A stretch of 64,000 nucleotides of DNA. Source: Gordius albopunctatus. Taxonomy: Eukaryota. Of the stretch, positions 51,420 through 64,000 are shown piece by piece. The stretch spans positions 6,758,001 to 6,822,000 of the forward strand of contig OZ193909.1 of assembly GCA_964276515.1 (NCBI GenBank), in the 5' to 3' direction. The notes beneath the pieces are model-generated. The model saw nothing but the letters and a program-made list of their open reading frames with translations. It was not told the origin of the DNA and searched no databases. A program made the translations under genes and the position numbers. Every line of letters begins with the position of its first letter. Position 1 is the stretch's first letter.

Positions 51420-52451
51420 CTAGATGAACTCGGCAAAAGTTGTTTTGCCATTTACCCGGGTGTATTAAATTATGTTCGAATTTTAGGGCATACATGATGA
51501 TAAAGCGGTTATTGAAGTAAAAATAAAGTTTGATAATTTTCAAACAAATAGTTAAAGAGGGTCCAAGGCCCGGGCCCACCCAAGAGATAAAACCTGGCCC
51601 CATGCCCCCCCCCAAGAGAAAAATCTTTGACCCCCTGGCCCTTCAAGCAATTTTTTATATTTTTTTGTAATTAAGAAACAATATCATAATTATTTGTTTC
51701 TGAATAAAACTTTTAATTTTGAACTTAATAATGTCCGAAGAACTGAGATATATCAACATTTATTGGCACTTTGTTAATTGTATTTTCATTTTTCTCCTTA
51801 TTTAAGGCGCAAAAAATGACAAAATTAGATTTTTTAATTTATTTAGCCACGCAGGAGGGGACACGACCATCCTATAATAATAATAAATGACGTGAAAAAT
51901 AAGCAAAAAATGACTTTGATTCATGGGCGTACCCCTCTCCCCCCTCTAATTAAAAAAAAAATAATTTTTCAATACAAAAACCCTTAAAAATTATGTTTTG
52001 CCCCCCCCCCTAATTAGCCAGGGAAGGGCAGAAAGGGCGGCTGCCCCCCCCCCCCTAATTAGTCAGGGGAGGGCGGCTATCCCCTGCGGGTCTCAGGAAA
52101 AATTTAGGAATTTAGTAGTCGAAGACCTTTTTTTGCTCTCAAAAAAATTTTATTTTTAATACGAAAAGGTATTCTAGGATTCTGAAAAAGCTATTTTACC
52201 CCTGGCATCCCTGGGCATCTACGGCTAAATTTTCGCGCGAATCGGGTCGGTAGTTTTAGAATTAAGCTATTTTTTAAAACTAAAAGGCCCATATTTTTAA
52301 AACTAAAAGGAATTTCAGGATTCTAAAAAAACTATTTCACCCGTGGCCGCCCTGGGCATCTACGGTTAAATTTTCGCTCGAATCGGGTAGGTAGTTTCAG
52401 AATTTAGCCCTTAAATACTTATACACATAGACTTTACTTTATATATATAGA
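51420..52451 (-). mobile_element. Non-autonomous Helitron, left-arm-specific insertion
   Basis: Minus strand 5' TCTATATATAT, 3' hairpin plus CTAG, at an A|T target. The right arm has the empty site at ~60212. The 3' ~720 bp is shared with 12124-13230. Confidence 0.88.
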
Positions 52452-52919
52452 TAAGCTAAATGAATATAAAATATTGTTATGTATACTATTGTATTTAATT
52501 ATTTAAGCAAATACTATAAATTATCGTTGAAATCGCACTGAACAAGTTCATAATAATACGATATCATATCATGCTATAGTCTATGAAGTAATAGGAGGTT
52601 ATTTTGTTCCACTCCTAATTTTTGAAAGGTTATTGGAGCCTTTTAATGTAAGGGCTAGGGTTAAAATATAGCAAATGTTTATATCTGAATGTAATCTTAA
52701 GTAAAAATTTATATATGTACTGTGGTGTTTAATAAATTTGAGAGATAATATGATAGGTAACAAAAAACTATGCAAACATTAGCGTAATTTAGTCAAACAT
52801 TTGATATATTGTTGTTACGGTATGAAGGTTTTAATGCCAATCAATTTAAAAAGTATGAATATGATATATTATATACTGTTATGAAGGAGTAAAAGTATGT
52901 CTTTGCTGATGCTTGACAC

Positions 52920-53867
52920 CAGGCGCGTAGCCAGGATTTTCTCAAGGGGCCAGAAAGATTCAGAAAAAATTTCGACACTTTTATTTTTAATATAACAAAA
53001 ATAAACTTCGCGTACAATATGACAAGGGCTTTCAACTTTTGATCCCCTTTACCACCATACATTGGTCCAAAGAACACACAAAATTTACAATAAGCACCAT
53101 TTTCTCGGGAAATTGAATAAAAGTGGTGGTTGATAAATTTTATCAAATTCTGCCAACTTATCTTCATAATGTTGTATGGTGTTAACATACAAAGATATGT
53201 CATACGGCTGCTGGTTTGATGATGATTTTATATCTAACATTAAATTATTTCAATTAAAATTTTACCAATTTTAATTAACTCTAAAAATAAACTAAAAAAG
53301 ATAAAATTTTACATATACATATACCATTTGACTTTAGAATAGTTAAGGCATTTTCATCAATATTGTTTAAAACAATAGGTGTGAGTGTTTCAATTGATAT
53401 TGAATCTTCTTCTTGTTTTTCATCATCTAGAAATTTTTAAAATTGGCAATGCAATGTAATCACAATAACAATTAATATATATAAGAAATCAATACTATAT
53501 AAACATAAAATAAAAGCCTAAGTCACTTACTAGAAATACCAGGGTTTGGTATTCTAAGAGGGAAAATTTTTTGTATAGAATTCTTCATAATCTACAACTC
53601 TTCGCGGCAATCATACATACATACAATTTACAATCAATGGTGGAAAATTATAATGTTAGTTGCAAGTCGAAAATTAAATTCTAAAAATTGAATGTATATA
53701 TTATGTTTACAGACTTTTATAAGTGTGTCAAAATCTTTTATGCAACTAAACTAAAATATTTTAACCCATTTAATCTAATTATTAAGCAAAAAAATTTTCA
53801 AATTTTGGTCAAGGGGCCAGAAACGTCCCACTTTCTGCCACTTTCTGGCCCCTTGGCTACGCGCCCG
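52920..53867 (-). mobile_element. hAT element with TTF-type zinc-finger remnant, left-arm-specific insertion
   Basis: TIR caggcgcgtagcca/tggctacgcgcccg, perfect TSD cttgacac, motif ENGAYCKFCVFF. Empty site at ~59825. Confidence 0.88.
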
Positions 53868-54624
53868 CTTGACACTTTATAAAGTATGAATATAGAGTAT
53901 GTTATTGCTAATGATTGATGTTTTCTAATTAAGCATAATGCCATAGAAATTACTACTTATGTAATTACAATTGAATGCCATGGCTATTTTTTTACTTGTA
54001 AGGACTAAATGTTTTAAGTTTTATTTAAAGAGGGATGGGGGCAAAACCCTAAACAGGTTTATATTGTATAGTATAAAAATTGCTGCAAAACACTTTTTGA
54101 AATACATTAATATACATAATTTATAGTTTTTGCTTATTTATAATCAAGTGTATTTTAATGCATTGAATTAGTATCTTTTATAAATAATAGTTGTGTATGT
54201 GAATGGTGGCCCGTCAACTTACCAAAAACCAACTTGCCGAATTGAATGTCCCAATGTTAAAAATGTCCAAAGCATATTAATCATTCAGTTTTGGATTAAA
54301 TTTAATTAAGAAAATTGATAGTACCGTAAAACTAAATCTGAGACAGCTATACAAATTCTAATCCTAATTTAACTAGAAAAAAGTTTTATTTCGAAATAAT
54401 AAAATCAATTTTGACACGGTTGATCATGCGATTAGTAAATAACCAGCGATATTATCGAAATAAGGTTGGTAGGGCACCATTAGGTTTAGATTTGATGGTT
54501 CCATTCAATACAAACTACAGAAATTATGTCAATAGATGTTTCATTTAACTATTTCAGCTATATTATTCCGTTTAAAACGCTTTATTACCCAAATTTATAT
54601 TTATTGTGCGGTTTGTGGTACGCC

Positions 54625-54737
54625 TAGAGCCCTGCACGGGCCGCCCGAAGCCCGACTCGATTGGGCTTAGGCATGCTTTAATAAAAACAAAGGGCCTCAG
54701 GCTTGGTCGGGCCTCGGACGGCCCGTGCAGGGCTCTA
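54625..54737. mobile_element. 113-bp hAT MITE
   Basis: TIR tagagccctgcacgggcc/ggcccgtgcagggctcta and perfect TSD ggtacgcc. Confidence 0.85.
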
Positions 54738-54989
54738 GGTACGCCACGAATACTAGCAAGGGTTAAAGAGGGATGGGAGCTAAGCCGAAAGATGATTTTT
54801 AAGGGTCTATTTTTCTGTATTCAAGTATAGATAGTAATTAAGTCTGAAATGGTTAATAAAGAACATATTTTGTAAAAATTTATTAAATTAATTAAAACAT
54901 GGTTCTTCGTGCGATTGAAGGTGTAAATAATTCGCGACATTATCGGTATAAGAAAAAATATCAATAACATTAATATTATTTTTATAGTT

Positions 54990-57122
54990 ATTATTCGAAC
55001 CATTCAGATGTCTCTGAGGTCATTGAATTTTGCCTTACACACTCATTATACACCACAACGACGTGTTCTGGCGCCAAAAATGGAAGGGCCAATACCTTTC
55101 GCACACATTTTCTAAAAGTTGTATTATTCTTATACAAATCCGTCAATCCCAATGACCTCATCTTTCTGAATGTGGTCTGTGAGAAATGAAATAAACATCC
55201 TTTAAATTTAAATTATCAAAATTTTAGTAAATATACCCTTCACAACAGCGTTTGGGAATAAATAATTCAAAGTCCTTATACTAGCTTGCTAAAAGTCTAC
55301 TTGAACATATTGAGGGGGCAATAATAAATGATGTTCAGAGCAAACATCCTTAATAATTTCAAAAAGTAAATTGTAGGTTTCTTGGGGCTTGTCCGGTAAT
55401 AGTGCAAATATTACCGGCACCATATGCTCTTTATATAAACAATGTACTGTATAGACATATGGCGATAAAATTAATAATTATTCATTTAAATATATATACT
55501 TGTTTAAAGAGTTGAGGACATACATAATATGTCCCATCGGCATACAACTTTCCTGCTTCACATAGGATTTTTAAATTCCCAGGGGTGCCAAAGACCAGGA
55601 GTTTATTACGATGGTTGTGCAATAAAAATTTTTCTCCATTGTAAGAAAATTTATGTTCGGGGTGAAGAGTGATATCGTTATTAATTTTGGGCGTTGGGTA
55701 TCTATTTACACTAATTCTTCTTAAGGTATTTTTAATGGATTTTAAGGTGGGGGTTGCCTTTGGATAATTTCTGATGTCTGGCACATCACGCAATCTTTGG
55801 GCAATGACTCGGTGATATATGGCGGAATTTTTTTCTTTTGGGTTATTAATAACCTCACTTTTTAACATGTTGACTGTAACTAGATACTCATAATCGCCAT
55901 GAGGAGGCTCATCATTATGATTATTTGTGACACGGTAAGACTCAATCACCTGAGCGCAATTTTGGGATCGGCAATTGTAGTAGGTTTTGTTTTGAAAAAC
56001 CTTTTGTTTTGTGTATAAATACCCATGTAGATAGAGAATGACCCCCTTTTTTTGAGATACTAAAAATCTCATCGCTAATAAAAAATTATATAGATATAAA
56101 ATATATAATAAGCTACAAGGGCATGTTGCTTGCAAACTATGACAAGCATCCAACAGAAGATGTGCATCATTTAATAAACCTTTAAAAATGTTCTTGATCA
56201 TTAAAAATAAAAGATAAACAAAATTACTCGGACTGTTTGTATTGGTAGAATTACAAGGGGACATTGTTGAATAGTTACCAGTAACTCCTGAATAAAAATA
56301 TGAAATTAGTACTTTAAATTACTTTGACTGTTAGTATTGGTGGAATTATACAGAGCCATCGTTGAATAGTTACCATAATTACTTTGACTGTTAGTATTGG
56401 TGGAATTATAGCGGGCAATCGTTGAATAGTTACCAGTAACTATTGAATAAAAATATGAAATTAGTACATTAAATTACTTGAGGTCAAACATTGCCTACTA
56501 CTATTCAGCCTTGAACGAAATCCTTCAATATTAAGAACTATAAAAATTAACACATAAAATTACCCTGGATATTTAAAATGTTTGAAGTGGAAGATAAATT
56601 TGGGGTCCGATCTCTTGAGCTTGTGCTATTAACTACTATACAAAGTTAAAAAATATAAATTTAATTTACTTTGACTGTTGAAATTATTGGAATAACATCC
56701 ATCCATCATCGTACCATTAACTGCTAAATAAAATTATAAAATAAGGTTGAATTACTTGATATGTTAGAAATGACATCTACTGGTTGAGATATAGAGATAT
56801 TTTGTCTTAGACCCGCTAAATATATAAAAATACTAATGCCAATTTATACTTGAATGTGGATTATTTGAATGCTCTTTAGTAATAAAATATGTAATTCCAT
56901 CTTTTATAGCTCTGCCCGAACATTTAGTATTGCGGCCCCTAAGGTATATTTGTATAGTAGAAATTGTCATAATAGTAGAGTTGTTTTTTTTCTTTGCGTT
57001 AACATCATTGACGGAAATGAAATAAAAATATTTGTGAATGTACATATGTATTAGTGGTGATGAGTGCCGATTAGATTATGGTGATTAGTGGTAAAATTGT
57101 TAATTTGGGATTTTGAAACGAA
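54990..57122 (-). pseudogene. MULE (Mutator-like) transposase, left copy, multi-exon
   Basis: FLYWCH/WRKY-like GYLY..YYNC..C..H..H, LYADGTYYVCPQLFKQ|VY, PVIFALLPDK, VDF*, and GCLFHFSQ. One in-frame stop and one broken acceptor. Confidence 0.85.
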
Positions 57123-57145
57123 AGGGGACCAGTAGAACCTTGCGC

Positions 57146-59147
57146 TTCGTTTCAAAATCCCACATTTCAATTTATCACTGATCACCATAATCTAATCGCC
57201 ACTGATCACCACTCATAACAATTATACATATTTTATTACTAGAGAGCATTCAAATATTCCACATACAAGTATAAATTGGCATTAGTATTTTTATATATTT
57301 AGCAGGCCTAAGATAAAATATCTCTATATCTCAACCACTAGATGTCATTTCTAACATATCAAGTAATTCAACCTTATTTTATAATTTGATTTAGCAGTTA
57401 ATGGTACGATGATGGATGGATGTTATTCCAATAATTTCAACAGTCAAAGTAAATTAAATTTATATTTTTTTAACTTTGTATAGTAGTTAATAGCACAAGT
57501 TCAAGAGATCGGACCCCAAATTTATCTTCCACTTCAAACATTTTAAATATCCGGGGTAATTTTATGTGTTAATTTTTAAAGTTTAAATATTTTTACAGTT
57601 CTTAATATTGAAGGATTTCGTTCTAGGCTGAATAGTAGTAGGCAATGTTTGACCTCAAGTAATTTAATGTACTAATTTCATATTTTTATTCAATAGTTAC
57701 TGGTAACTATTCAACGATTGCCCTCTATAATTCCACCAATACCAACAGTCAAAGTAATTCTGGTAACTATTCAACGATGGCTCTGTATAATTCCACCAAT
57801 ACTAACAGTCAAAGTAATTTAAAGTACTAATTTCATATTTTTATTCAGGAGTTACTGGTAACTATTCAACGATGGCCCTCTATAATTCAACCAATACTAA
57901 CAGTCAAAGTAATATTTTTTAACTTTGAATGATCAAGAACACTTTTAAAGGTTTATTAAATGATGCACATCTTCTGTTGGATGCTTGTCATAGTTTGCAA
58001 GCAACAGGCCCTTGTAGCTTATTATATATTTTATATCTATATAATTTTTTATTAGCGATGAGATTTTTAGTATCTCAAAAAAGGGGGTCATTCTCTATCT
58101 ACATGGGTATTTATACACAAAACAAAAGGTTTTTCAAAACAAAACCTACTACAAATGCCGATCCCAAAATTGCGCTCAGGTGATTGAGTCCTACCGTGTC
58201 ACAAATAATCATAATCATGAGCCTCCTCGTGGCGATTATGAGTATCTAGTTACAGTCAACATGTTAAAAGTGAGGCTATTAATAACCCAAAAGAAAAAAT
58301 TTCCGCCATATATCACCGAGTCATTGCCCAAAGATTGCGTGATGTGCCAGACATCAGAAATTATCCAAAGGCAACCCCCACCTTAAAATCCATTAAAAAT
58401 ACCTTAAGAAGAATTAGTGTAAATAGATACCCAACGCCCAAAATTAATAACGATATCACTCTTTACCCCGAACATAAATTTTCTCACAATGGGGAAAATT
58501 TTTTATTGCACAACCATCTTAATAAACTCCTGGTCTTTGGCACCCCTGGGAATTTAAAAATCCTATGTGAAGTAGGAAATTTGTATGCCGATGGGAGATA
58601 CTATGTATGTCCTCAACTCTCTAAACAGGTATATGTATTATAATGAATAATTATTAATTTTATTGTCATAGGTTTACACTATTCATAGCTATTATAAGGA
58701 GCACATGGTGCCCGTGATATTTGCTATCTTACCTGATAAGTCACAGGTGTCCTATAATTTTTTGTTTGGAATTATAAAAGATTTATGTGCTGAGTATTGT
58801 TTAACATTGTGCCCGAGGTATGTCCAGGTGGATTTTGAGCAAGCCAGTGTCAAGGCTTTGCGTGATTCCCTCCCAGTGCTGTTGTTAAAGGTATCTTTAA
58901 AATATTGTTTACTTATTTACATTTAAAGGTTGTTTATTCCACTTTTCTCAGGCCATTTTTAGAAAAATGAGGAGTTTGGGCCTTAGTGACCTTTATAATA
59001 ATAACACAAATTTTGGCAGATGTGTAAGAAGAATATTGGCTGTGCCATTTTTAAGACCCCATCATATTGTTTACTTGCAGAATAATTGTGTTGCCAAAAC
59101 TATTAATATACCTGAGGCCTCTGCATGGTTAGACTATATTAAGCCTG
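57146..59147 (+). pseudogene. MULE (Mutator-like) transposase, right copy, multi-exon, frameshifted and truncated
   Basis: Same motifs (LYADG.YYVCPQL, VDFEQA, GCLFHFSQAIFRK) with frameshifts at ~58080 and ~58270. Truncated by a retroelement fragment. Confidence 0.85.
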
Positions 59148-59149
59148 GC

Positions 59150-59400
59150 TGAATTGTCGGCCTTCCTTATAGCTAAAAGCTTAGCTCTAAAGACTATGGG
59201 CGTTATTTCTTTAGGTATACACCCATTGGCTAAAAGGTTACAAAATTTGGTGAGTAAGTCTAGTAAGATGGAGGAGCTTACGCCATGTTTCCATGAGGGC
59301 CCCGAACAAATAACCACCTTGAGGGATTTCACCACGGGATCAAGTGTTAAATGGAGTTTCCCACCCAACCATATATCTTTCCAATGAAAGTCTTCTAGCT
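59150..59400 (-). mobile_element. Fragment of a CRE-like non-LTR retrotransposon RT N-terminus
   Basis: SGPSW..LLDLLTKFCNLLANGCIP..FRAKLLAIRKAD resembles the region preceding the RT 'K.DG..RPI' motif of CRE-type elements. Confidence 0.55.
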
Positions 59401-61595
59401 CTTCAAGAAATTAATGATATAAATATTTTGCACATTGCCCAAGGCAAAAAAGATTATTACAGCAATAAAAAATATGAAATGATAAATTTTCATATAAACC
59501 GATAAATAAATGATTATAAAAATAATATAAACAACATTGATATATTTTCTTATTCCGATAATAACGCTGGTTATTTACATTTAGAATCGCATGATGAACC
59601 GTGTCAAAATTGATTTTATTATTTCGAAATAAAACTTTTGTCTTAAATTATTGGTAAACATTCAAGAAGTAAAAAGATAGCCATGGCATTTGATTGTAAT
59701 TCCATAAGTAGTAATTTCTATGGCATTATGCTTAATTAGAAAGCGTCAATCATTAGCAATAACATACTTTTAATCCTTCATAAATACTACATTATAAGTA
59801 TAACATATTCATACTTTATAAAGCGTCAAGCATCAGCAAAGACATACTTTTACTCATTCATAACAGTATATAATATATCATATTCATACTTTTTAAATTG
59901 ATTGGCATTAAAATCTTCATACCGTAACAACAATATATCAAATGTTTGACTAAATTACGCTAATATTTGCATAGTTTTTTGTGGCTAATGAACTATCAGC
60001 CTATATGATGCGATTTATTTTACTATACCTATCATATTATCTCTCAAATTTATTAAACACCACAATACATATATAAATTTTTATTTAAGATTACATTCAG
60101 ATATAAACATTTGCTATATCTTAACCCTATTATTATGAACTTGTTCAGTGCGATTTCAACGATAATTTATAGTATTTGCTTAAATAATTATTTTTTATAT
60201 TCATTTAGCTAATATAACAATAAAAATATATCTATACCTTTAAAATATTTTTATTCTTTATACTAAATAAAATCACATGATGTTTTTAAAATTTATGTGT
60301 TTCATACATTTACTTGGTATTTTGGACCGGATTCAATGGTTCTACCGCAGAGTTATAATAACACCATAATAGCGCACACATAATGTGTTTCCCATCAACG
60401 AATAAGGGCAAATAAATTCAAGCTGTCTACTGCGCCCTGGGAAGTTACGTAAAAGGAGATTATTAAGTCGAGCAATATGGTTCATTTAAATCTTTTCGAT
60501 ATTACCTTCTTTTTTGATGTGCCAGCTTGACCATAATCGAAATAAAGTAGGCTTTAATAATGCTTGGCTCGAGGTTTTTATTTTTATTATACAGTTTTCT
60601 GCATTTGAGTCTTGTACACGATTATCAAGCAAGAGTATAAAACTAGACAAAAAAGGTTTTATTGACTAGGTTCTTAATTCTTCCCCCTTAACCATGTCAT
60701 GTTGTTCATGGTGACAGAAAGATCATGGGTATAGCTAGGGGGAGTTACGGTGTGATACCTTGTCTTATCAAAAAGGTAAAGAAATAAGCCCTCTAATTCA
60801 CATCCTGACTACCCCCAGAGTTCCAAGCATGTCCTTCAATGCTCACAACACCTACGTGAAAATGATTACTTATACCTATCCTTTTCACATCTTTGCGTCA
60901 AGGCGATATTAAGAATAGATGTGTGTCTTTCTAAAAATTGGACATTACGTGTTATTAAATACGCCTTAAAAATTGCTTTTAACATTGGGTCAAAACTGAT
61001 GAAATCCTCTTACGATCAACCCTTTAATAATAATGAGCTTATTTTTACAATATGTAATAAAAGCCAAATATTGTGCACATGGACGTGGCCAGGGGGAGGG
61101 GCGGCTGCCCCCCTCTAAATCTAAAAATATTGCCCCCTCTAATCCCAATCCTTGCTACGCCCATGATTTTGCACATTGCCATAATCATCGCGCACCTGTA
61201 ACCCGCCCTCCCCCAACTCGACTCTCTCGGGTTAGGCTAGCAATTTTTAAACTTTACTTAGATAACGCAATTTTTTAGTGATTAGATTTGCGAATACGAT
61301 CTATTTTTAGAAGATTCTCTTAATCTAAAGCTTGATTTGCACCCCTCAATAGTAGCGGTAAAATGTTAGACACAAAATCGAATATTCATACACCTCTCAA
61401 TTATGAATTATGATTTTGCTCAAAAATTGACTTATAAGTTTATCTGAATTCTGAACATGATTGCGAACGAATAAATAAAATTTATGTGTTTCATACATTT
61501 ACTTGGTATTTTGGACCGGTTTCGAACCTTGTTATACCAAGACGCTTAACGCTAAGCAATGTATAGGGGAGAAACCATTCAAAATTTTCAATACA

Positions 61596-62624
61596 TAGAG
61601 GTGTGCACGGATCAAATTTTTTTGATCCGATCCGAGGGGTTTTTGAAAAATTTTATATCCATCCGATCCGAGTATTTTAAAATCTAAATCCGATCCGAAA
61701 CTTTTAAATTAAAATTTTACGAACAGAACTTTTTATTGATGATTAAATTCAAAATACATAAAAATAAGGTATAGCAATTTTAATAGACCTGAAATAAATA
61801 TAAAATTTTATTTGACCAATTCCATATTATCATATAAAAATAATTAAGAATCTCGTTAACGATTGAAAACGGTCGAATATCTTTTGAAATAAAATAAATT
61901 AGATGCCTTTCAAAATTTTTTTTAATTTTGTGATTTCAGCGAGAGGTTTGGTAACAAATTTGTCAATTGTATTTTTAGCTGAAGTTTTTGGAATACATTT
62001 ATGATGCAAAAGATGGGAACTACCTCGAATGGAATTATGTGTAGATATGATGGCATTTCTTGCAGATAACATAACCGGTGTATGTATCATTTTCATTTAT
62101 TTAGAAGTTCAAAGTAACTCTAAATTTGACTTTTTCCGTCTTCTTTTTTAACTTGTTGAAGCATATTTCTTTTAAATTTTTTTATTATTACTTCCATGAC
62201 GGTTTTTAATATGATAAACAATAGAAAGGATCTACGCGTGTGCTTTAAGGAAAGGGGAGATTGTGATTGATGATTTTCGGAGTTGAGTTGAGATAGAAAG
62301 AGATGCGTGTGATAAAAAGGAAACGGGAGATGCTGATGTATCATTAACACTAGCTCCTTTCTCGCCAAACAAGAAAGTCTGGCTAGGGAAAAGGGAAATA
62401 CTGATAAATATGTTAGAATAAGTAAGGTGAGAGGTGGTATTGGGCATCAAAAATGGCAGATAATTATGAAAAGGTATACTAAAAATTATTAATTTAATTA
62501 ATTAGAACTTATTATTGTTTATTTTAAATTTGAAAATCCGATCCGATCCGACTAAAATAAAATGTTGATCCGATCCGACTTTCAAAATTAGATGTCGGAT
62601 CGGATTGATCCGTGCAAACCTCTA
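61596..62624 (-). mobile_element. Hermes/hobo-like hAT deletion derivative retaining the 5' (BED) part
   Basis: Same TIRs and ccgat subterminal repeats as 9382-10735. MPNTTS start shared with 9548. Frameshifted GYVICKKC..GSSHLLHHKC. TSD not clear. Confidence 0.85.
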
Positions 62625-64000
62625 ACACACACATATTTTTAATGTTGCTTTTAAAATTGTTAACTTCTAAAACTTTGAATGGAGGTCGGGAATTATCCCG
62701 ATCAAGCAACAGACCAATTTGTCGGAATTGTTTGCTCGTAACAAAATTAAATGTGAAATACTTAGTTATGTTGTGAAAGAAGCTTCTCCAGGCCAACTCG
62801 TAGTTTAGCGTCAACAACCTAAATTGTAAAGATACCAAATCATAATTTTTTGTCTGGCCCCGGCATTGATCATTTTTGTAATTTTTAATTCCGTTTCTTT
62901 TTGTCCAAAACTAGGAGGAGAACCAAGAACCTGGCTATGGATAGCTTATTCTACCTCTTTAACAATCATTACCTATAAATTTTAAACAATTTTGACTTTG
63001 TACCCCGTAGTGTTTGTATTTACCTAAAATAGGAATGCTCCTTATAAAAGGTCGACCCGAATCGTCAAGCCTACCCTATTTTTTGCTTAAAGTTTTGAAA
63101 CAAAATTCGAAATTATAATTGAGTAATATAATTGCTTCTCCTAAATTAACTTAAATCGCTGTCATTGAGCAAATCAATAATTTCGTATTTTACAATATTA
63201 TATTCGAACGATATAAAGTTTCTTCATTATATTTAAACAAAAAACTTTAATTTTAGATGAAAAATAAGAAGAAATGACTAGTCCTAATCCCCACCCCTAC
63301 CAAAATAAATAAACGATATATTCCCCGAGGAAAAGAGGGTAAGCATATTTCCCTTTAATTTTAATGATACACACCTTTCCCCTGCCCTGTTGTTGATTAA
63401 TGCAATTAATTCCACACCCAGGGTATTGCAAAACAACGCGGGAGCTAAAGTTGATCAATTAACACTTATTATTATTGCAACTATAATTTCTCACACTATT
63501 GCAACGCCGCCTGTTTCAACTGCAATTATTTTAAAATGTATTTTGCGTTTCTGTTCAAAAATAAAGCTCTTCAAAAAAAAGCTGATCAGAAAAAAAGCTA
63601 ATAAAAAATCTAGACCCTAAAATGTACTTGATGTCTTATGAGGGAGGAGTATGTCACATAGCAAATTTGAAAATAAAATTTAAATAATAAATATATAAAA
63701 ATGTGTTAGATATTGAAAAATAGGATTTTTTAAAATAAGATCTACTGATTAGATTTATTAATGAGATATCTAAAAATAGTATAGATATTCAAAAATAGTA
63801 TAAAAACTGGTGGGAAAACTTCCGTTAGAAGGTTAAATCTAAATAGCGAAAGAATCTTAAATCCAAAGATTAATCTAAATTGCGGGAAAATACGTTTAGA
63901 TTCTCAATTAGATATTCTGCACTATACGCAGAAATCGCCAAATATTCCTAAATTTACATTAGATTGTATGCACTATACGTCGAAATTGCCAAATGTTCAT

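Larger units (their letters stand above)
50150..61476. repeat. 11.3-kb interrupted palindrome (inverted duplication) centred at ~57123-57145
   Basis: 50150-51415 is the near-exact reverse complement of ~60215-61476 (identical predicted ORFs on opposite strands). Further matching blocks are 52455-54000/59680-60215, ~54380-54465/59550-59640 and ~55000-57122/57146-59150. Confidence 0.92.

Noticed and set aside
60996..61025. Second CTGATGA motif as a hammerhead candidate
   Set aside because: No stem II followed by GAAA.
62640..63560. Possible minus-strand exons (e.g. 63075-63024 GRLDDSGRPFIRSIPIL and ~63445-63375)
   Set aside because: Splice-like signals exist, but I could not recognise a protein or build a confident model. 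They do not look like tetraspanin TM1-3.

Overview
AT-rich, intron-containing animal (invertebrate-like) genomic DNA. It carries three host genes, all on the minus strand. PTEN has 11 coding exons (25314->149) and encodes about 864 aa, with large insertions in the C2 domain. USP39/SAD1 has 14 coding exons (46005->35266) and encodes 491 aa, with several introns of only 33-39 nt. Only the last three exons of a tetraspanin are seen (49811->48906). Introns and intergenic DNA are packed with transposons whose ends and target-site duplications (TSDs) are readable: many hAT elements and MITEs, two Helitrons, a Helentron/DINE-like element with a higher-order tandem array, a TRIM, an internally deleted Gypsy, and RTE and CRE fragments. 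The most notable items are: (1) a minimal type I hammerhead ribozyme at 33538-33580 (-); (2) an 11.3-kb palindrome holding two head-to-head, micro-exon-rich MULE transposase genes with mosaic arm identity; (3) a Foldback-like element with ~2-kb arms nested inside two other transposons in a USP39 intron (spans an assembly gap); (4) a U2-type donor at the PTEN intron that is U12-type in human. Exon models were built by hand from GT-AG sites, reading phase and recalled protein homology. Identity values are by-eye estimates.
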